A stretch of DNA of 47,518 bases from Nitrososphaera sp. (lineage in GTDB: Archaea; Thermoproteota; Nitrososphaeria; Nitrososphaerales; Nitrososphaeraceae), in NCBI GenBank assembly GCA_035253605.1, contig DATFBV010000118.1, positions 1 through 47,518 of the forward strand, given 5' to 3'. How positions within the stretch are numbered: the stretch's first letter is position 1; each line of letters starts with the position of its first letter. The notes below the pieces were generated by a model that saw only the letters and a program-made list of their open reading frames with translations, ran no database searches and was not told the DNA's origin. Below, in pieces: positions 42,709 through 47,518 of the stretch. Made by a program: the position numbers and the translations under genes.

Positions 42709-43177
42709 ATTGCAATAGTTTATGCTAGAGTTTCATATTTACAGGTTATTTCTGTCTCTAATGAATTGTTCTTAGTAACGAAAAATTAGATATATTTTAT
42801 TATACAGTCTACAGAACTCCTTATTAACCTTATAAGTTGCCAGTGCTTGTCCTCTTTTGCTGGTATAATGCTAAATCAGACGCGTCTAAGGAGGAAAGAC
42901 TCTCAGGAGAATATAAATCGGATTTTGTCTTGGGAGGGCTTAGTACTAGTAAGATCTTCCTTTGAAACTAGAGAAATATTGTGGACTCCACATCAACAAT
43001 AATAATAATAATACATATCAGGTAATACACAGGAGCTGTTCAATCATTATGCCACTTTGATTGCACAGTTTCATATTCGCACTATTATAACGACTTGAAG
43101 TAATCATCATACTATGCTTTCAGGTTACGCTCAAAAAGGCTAGAAAAGAATTTTGGAGCCTCATGGCTTATTATTAT

Positions 43178-44254
43178 TTAAGTCACTTCTTGAAGATCTG
43201 GCCGATAATGACCAATGACCTTTGACATACCTCGTAGATAGCTTCTCGCAATAGTCTGAATAGGTTGGGATGAGGTCCAAATGCAACCGAGCACCTTGCA
43301 ATCGTGGCATGTTCTAGCAATGTCCCACTCCGGAGCATCCCAAATCTCCTCTATACTTTCCTCAAGAAGGCTATGTGTGTTCTCCGGCGAATTAAACTTC
43401 CAACACGGCACTATAACAGTGCCGTTTCCATTTACAAATATGCTCTTCCAAACTCCACATTCATCAAAGAGTGTCCGGCCATGTTCTATTATCTGCTGGA
43501 AGTATTCTGGTGGTATCAACATAGGTAGTGACCCGGGCTTTTTCATATAGTTGAGAACACTTCTGCACACATTGACCATTTCCTCCCGATCCGGCAAAAG
43601 TGAGTATTCAACATCAGATCTGTCTTCAACAAATGTGAGAGAAATTGCGCTTGCTCCGAGCTCCTTTGCCCTGTCAAAGTAAGTTTGGTCGATGAACTCT
43701 TGCGTATTGAATTTTGTTATCACACTATTAAAATAGTGGGGGACATCATGTCTTGTCAGCAGCCGTAAGTTATCCATGACTCTACCAAAGACATGGGGAT
43801 ACACCCCGCGCACTTTACAATAGGGCTCTTCATACGTAGAATCGATGCTGCATGTCACAAACTGAACATATTTTCTCAGGTTCTCTAAATCAATCATGTG
43901 TAATAGCGAGCAATTGGTGATTAGTGTTATGGGCATTTTTTTGATGCTGTACAGATACTCAATAAGCTCCATAAAGTCTGGTCTGCTTGTGGGTTCGCCG
44001 CCTTCTATTATGCACCAGACACAATATCTCGACACTTTGTCAAAGACCATCTTCCATTGCTGCGTGGTAAGATCGGACGTCTTGGCTAGTCTTATTTGTC
44101 CTTCCTTGTCGGGGTCACCAAAGGGACACATTGGACAATAAAAATTGCAGTACTGTGTCATGCTGAACACTGCGACAACAGGTCGCCTCCTCCCTAACGC
44201 CATATTTGCGCCCCATTTGCTGATGAGTCTTATGGTGCGAATGGTGTCAACCAA
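43178..44254 (-). CDS. radical SAM protein with a SPASM/twitch domain
   Basis: CNFYCPMC, GGEP, TN, SID, and C-terminal C...PC...CHDC...C. Start uncertain (44290, 44254 or 44203). Confidence 0.88.
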   Translation of the reverse strand: MVDTIRTIRLISKWGANMALGRRRPVVAVFSMTQYCNFYCPMCPFGDPDKEGQIRLAKTSDLTTQQWKMVFDKVSRYCVWCIIEGGEPTSRPDFMELIEYLYSIKKMPITLITNCSLLHMIDLENLRKYVQFVTCSIDSTYEEPYCKVRGVYPHVFGRVMDNLRLLTRHDVPHYFNSVITKFNTQEFIDQTYFDRAKELGASAISLTFVEDRSDVEYSLLPDREEMVNVCRSVLNYMKKPGSLPMLIPPEYFQQIIEHGRTLFDECGVWKSIFVNGNGTVIVPCWKFNSPENTHSLLEESIEEIWDAPEWDIARTCHDCKVLGCIWTSSQPIQTIARSYLRGMSKVIGHYRPDLQEVT

Positions 44255-44343
44255 TCCCTGACTCTTGCAGCATCCGTTCCTTTTAAGCAATTCGCCTGCG
44301 TAGAAAACCTTAACAGTACGGTAGTATTCTTATCTCAAACAAA

Positions 44344-44988
44344 ATGAATATGCTTGACTTTGGCATTGAGGTGATTGCTCTTTCAGCGTCGGGTGTACTT
44401 GCTCCTGGTCCGCTTTTTTTTGCCAACTTAATCTATGGAACACGGCATGACAAATGGTCGGGTATCAGAGTTGCTTGCGGCCACACTGCCGTCGAGCTTC
44501 CTCTAATAATTATACTGGCAGCGGGCCTGTTTACGTTTGATGCTGCAAAAAAATACGCCGGGGTCATAGTACTGGTTGGAGGAATCGCTATCCTTGCCTT
44601 CGCAGGCTTGCAGATAGCAAGTATTCTTAAAGAAAAGCGGGGATATGATATGCCCAGTTTCGCAGGCAGCAAAGGCCCATTTATCATAGGCGTTGCGCTC
44701 AGTGCGCTTAACCCATTCTTCATTTTATGGTGGTTCACAGTAGGATTGAAGTTGATATCCGACTCTGCAGCATTTGGAGTGACAATGGGCGTGGCGATCC
44801 TTTTTGTACTTCACATCTGGATGGATTATGCATGGCTTGCCAGCACTGCATATCTCGCTTCGAAGGGAGCCTTTGCTATGAAGTCAAGAAGATATTACCC
44901 AATTTTATTCTTAGGGCTCACAGTCGTTATGATATACTATGGTGTTAGCTTTGTGTCGCAGGCTGCATCACAACAGATCTATCCTTGA
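44344..44988 (+). CDS. LysE-family translocator
   Basis: SGVLAPGP, GH..VE and LNPFFILWW motifs; multiple TM helices. Confidence 0.88.
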   Translation: MNMLDFGIEVIALSASGVLAPGPLFFANLIYGTRHDKWSGIRVACGHTAVELPLIIILAAGLFTFDAAKKYAGVIVLVGGIAILAFAGLQIASILKEKRGYDMPSFAGSKGPFIIGVALSALNPFFILWWFTVGLKLISDSAAFGVTMGVAILFVLHIWMDYAWLASTAYLASKGAFAMKSRRYYPILFLGLTVVMIYYGVSFVSQAASQQIYP

Positions 44989-45158
44989 GAAAAACTGGAG
45001 TGAGTTAAACTATAAGCTGAGGTCAAGCTGAGGGCTTTACTTTGAAGCCCCATAAGGCGTTATTAGCTTTTCGTGAAATCCCTCAAAAAATTCCTTTGGC
45101 GAACCTAACTCAACTGCAAGTTCTAAATCCGTAAGTATATTATCCAAGATGAATCCTA

Positions 45159-45350
45159 ATGAATAAAATCATTTTGGGAATAGGAGGAACAATTGCAGCT
45201 ATAATTATTGGAATAATTGCTCTGATAATCATAGTTGCCATAATAGTATTTCTCATAGAATTACTTGCGCCCCTCTTTATAGGGATAATTATTTTGGCAA
45301 TCATTGTTGGTGTAGGATGGTGGATATACAGCAAAATAAAGAGTCGTTAG
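45159..45350 (+). CDS. small two-TM membrane protein
   Basis: Ile-rich hydrophobic hairpin with basic ends. Confidence 0.6.
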   Translation: MNKIILGIGGTIAAIIIGIIALIIIVAIIVFLIELLAPLFIGIIILAIIVGVGWWIYSKIKSR

Positions 45351-45478
45351 CAGATGCTTAACATGTTACACCCTGGATTTTACCTAGATTTGTTTTATGA
45401 TGAGAAGATTCATTAATACTTACGCTAACTCAGAAAACTACACAACTGTTAAAAACTATGACTCTAGCTTAATTTCTT

Positions 45479-45928
45479 ATGCTACCAAATAACAACAATA
45501 AGGCTGTACTTGCGACGTTAGTGCTCACGCTGCTTTCATTAAGCGTGGCGTCATCGATAGCTATAAGTACACCAAATCATGCAAACGCGCAAGGGCAAGG
45601 CACCACTAATGCAACTAATGCCACTATGACAGGAGCCGGGAATGCAACTACCAGCGTTTCAATAGTCCCAGGTTCTTCCACCTTGACTACTGATGCATAT
45701 CAACCAAATCCAGTTCAAGTAAGCGTAGGCAGTACGGTGACATGGACAAATAACGACGCACAACCACACACAGCGACATCGGGTGAAAATGCAACGCCAG
45801 ATGGCAGGTTTGATTCGAGCATATTGGCTCCATCAGCAACGTTTGACCATACCTTTACAGAAGCCGGTGAATTTCCCTACTTTTGCCTACTTCATCCAAA
45901 CATGGTCGGAACAGTCAATGTAAGCTGA
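45479..45928 (+). CDS. secreted cupredoxin (plastocyanin/azurin-like blue copper protein)
   Basis: Signal peptide, Thr/Asn-rich linker, VTWTN..PHT and YFCLLHPNMVG type-1 Cu ligands. Confidence 0.92.
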   Translation: MLPNNNNKAVLATLVLTLLSLSVASSIAISTPNHANAQGQGTTNATNATMTGAGNATTSVSIVPGSSTLTTDAYQPNPVQVSVGSTVTWTNNDAQPHTATSGENATPDGRFDSSILAPSATFDHTFTEAGEFPYFCLLHPNMVGTVNVS

Positions 45929-45951
45929 CTCCTAACGTTTCATTTTCCCAT

Positions 45952-45966
45952 CTCTTTTTTCTTTTT
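45952..45966 (+). terminator. T-rich archaeal-type terminator after the cupredoxin gene
   Basis: Run CTCTTTTTTCTTTTT about 25 nt after the stop codon. Confidence 0.4.
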
Positions 45967-46219
45967 GAAAACACAGTCCTTAAACATGCTTTGAGGCGGT
46001 GCCTTAATGTGCGTAATTGAGACTTAAGAATTGTGGTAACTTGCATAAGCGTGAGAGTACTTATTTCACAATTTCAACTGGATCTGCTGAGAAAATAAAT
46101 AAGGATTAACAACACCTCTTAAAAGATTAGATTACTAAGCTGCTTTACGTCGTGACCTAGAAAAAAACCATGCAACTGTGCCAACGGAAATGCTACGACG
46201 GCACTATTGATACAATATC

Positions 46220-46528
46220 TTACCGCGCACGAGATATAGGAACTTCTATTGTAGATACGTTCCTCACCTTGCCGTCATCCGACTGTACTGTCTCGGAGCC
46301 AAGCTTAACTGGCCCTATCTTATATCCAAGTGTGTCCATACGTTTTACGATAATCTGAGCCACATCCACTGCTCTAGTGATACTCTTTCCTCTAGCTTTT
46401 ATTACCACTATTGGCTCATTTGCCAACTGCACTAGGGTTGCTGTGACATAAGTCATGAGCGGTTTCTTGCCAATGAAAATCTCATTGCTTGAAGTGCTTT
46501 GCCTGACTGAATTGGTGCTTGCTGACAT
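46220..46528 (-). CDS. albA: DNA/RNA-binding protein Alba
   Basis: IFIGKKPLMTYV, IKARG, AVDVA and VSTIE motifs; ATG46528. Confidence 0.95.
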   Translation of the reverse strand: MSASTNSVRQSTSSNEIFIGKKPLMTYVTATLVQLANEPIVVIKARGKSITRAVDVAQIIVKRMDTLGYKIGPVKLGSETVQSDDGKVRNVSTIEVPISRAR

Positions 46529-46590
46529 CGTGCGAGATAATTCAGCACGGTACAATATAACGTTTATTGCGGCTTGTTGTCTTGAGCGCT

Positions 46591-46827
46591 TTAAGTATAC
46601 CTCTTGAGAATGTTGTGAAGCTCGGAAGGCTTTTCTGCTATCTCCCTTACCGCATCAGGGTCTTGTACCTCATAGCAATGAAGCAGGGCTTGGTCGTCCT
46701 TGTAAAATAAAAAAACCTTATTATCGTAGATACAGTGATAAAGCTCATCTGTAATCATTTTCTCAGTCCTGATCTTAATCCCATCTTGTTCTGCCACGAC
46801 CGGGTAATCTTTGTCTATCGCAGTCAT
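46591..46827 (-). CDS. small hypothetical protein
   Basis: 78-aa ORF with an ATG start, co-oriented with alba. Confidence 0.65.
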   Translation of the reverse strand: MTAIDKDYPVVAEQDGIKIRTEKMITDELYHCIYDNKVFLFYKDDQALLHCYEVQDPDAVREIAEKPSELHNILKRYT

Positions 46828-47176
46828 CTGAGGATCTATTAACTGATTTGGCTATTTAATCTGAGGATAATAAACACCCAGAGTCGACTACATGCTGTTA
46901 CCCAAATGGCAAATATTATTATCGCCACTTAGAAGTCAACAGGTACCAAAGTAAAAGATTCTATCCTTTATTTGTTAGCCTAAATTATATTATACATAGA
47001 AACTGATTTTATAGTCGACGTATAATATAACGACAGTCTGCACCTACCCCGTTGATTTTACCGATTATGCGACTTTTTGCACTTTAGGGAGCTTAATTGA
47101 TTTTGAAATTAATCGAGAAAATGGTGTATATAACAGTAGCAAAAGTATAGGGACGGATAGACTGCTCCTGCTATTA

Positions 47177-47506
47177 TTAGCTCCACCGTGAGGCTCTTAT
47201 TTGTGGCTTGCTAAATTGATTTTCTATTTCAGCCAATCTTTCCATCGAACCATTGCCTTTTCTTAGAGTTGAAAAGCATGAATCATTTCTAATCCTCTCA
47301 AAGATTGAAGAAACTTGCTCGCTGCTAACTCCATGTTTAATATCATATTCAATTTGTCTGCAGATATTTGCAAGGCTGCCATATTTTTTGTGATTTCTCT
47401 TCTCCCATCCTGATGCATTTTCTGACAGACCCTTGACGTACTTTACAACCGTCTTTTCCATATGTTCAACGTGCCATTCTCTCATCGGAAAACTATTTTG
47501 TACCAT
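47177..47506 (-). CDS. hypothetical protein
   Basis: 109-aa ORF near the window edge. Confidence 0.65.
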   Translation of the reverse strand: MVQNSFPMREWHVEHMEKTVVKYVKGLSENASGWEKRNHKKYGSLANICRQIEYDIKHGVSSEQVSSIFERIRNDSCFSTLRKGNGSMERLAEIENQFSKPQIRASRWS

Positions 47507-47518
47507 TCAAAAAAACCT

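Noticed and set aside
42990-43012. (AAT)n microsatellite
   Set aside because: A short intergenic run in AT-rich DNA with no evident link to a reading frame or promoter.

Overview
Archaeal chromosomal segment, almost certainly from an ammonia-oxidising archaeon of the Nitrososphaerales. The assignment is inferred from the archaeal ribosomal proteins, proteasome subunits, Alba, an ESCRT-III/CdvB paralogue, a secreted cupredoxin and an F420-type LLM enzyme. Most of the window is housekeeping: proteasome alpha and beta, purE/purK/purC, hom/thrC/ilvD/trpE, a partial S10-spc ribosomal cluster (L3 to L6, lacking L2) ending at an intron-containing tRNA-Asn, a thiolase-DUF35-LLM operon and a bioD/bioA/bioB/bioF cluster. 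Four observations stand out. (1) A 605-aa two-domain SDR whose motifs resemble, as I recall the sequence, the C-terminal malonyl-CoA-reducing half of Chloroflexus malonyl-CoA reductase; it is a candidate for the unassigned malonyl-CoA reductase of the thaumarchaeal 3HP/4HB cycle. (2) A resolvase-type serine recombinase inside the biotin cluster, with res-like repeats upstream and an identical perfect 24-bp palindrome on each side of bioB-bioF. (3) A non-canonical 27/28 BHB intron in tRNA-Asn. (4) Small zinc-finger ORFs and rps14 missed by the ORF track. No CRISPR array or complete IS element was seen. All family assignments come from motif recognition by eye; no database search was run.
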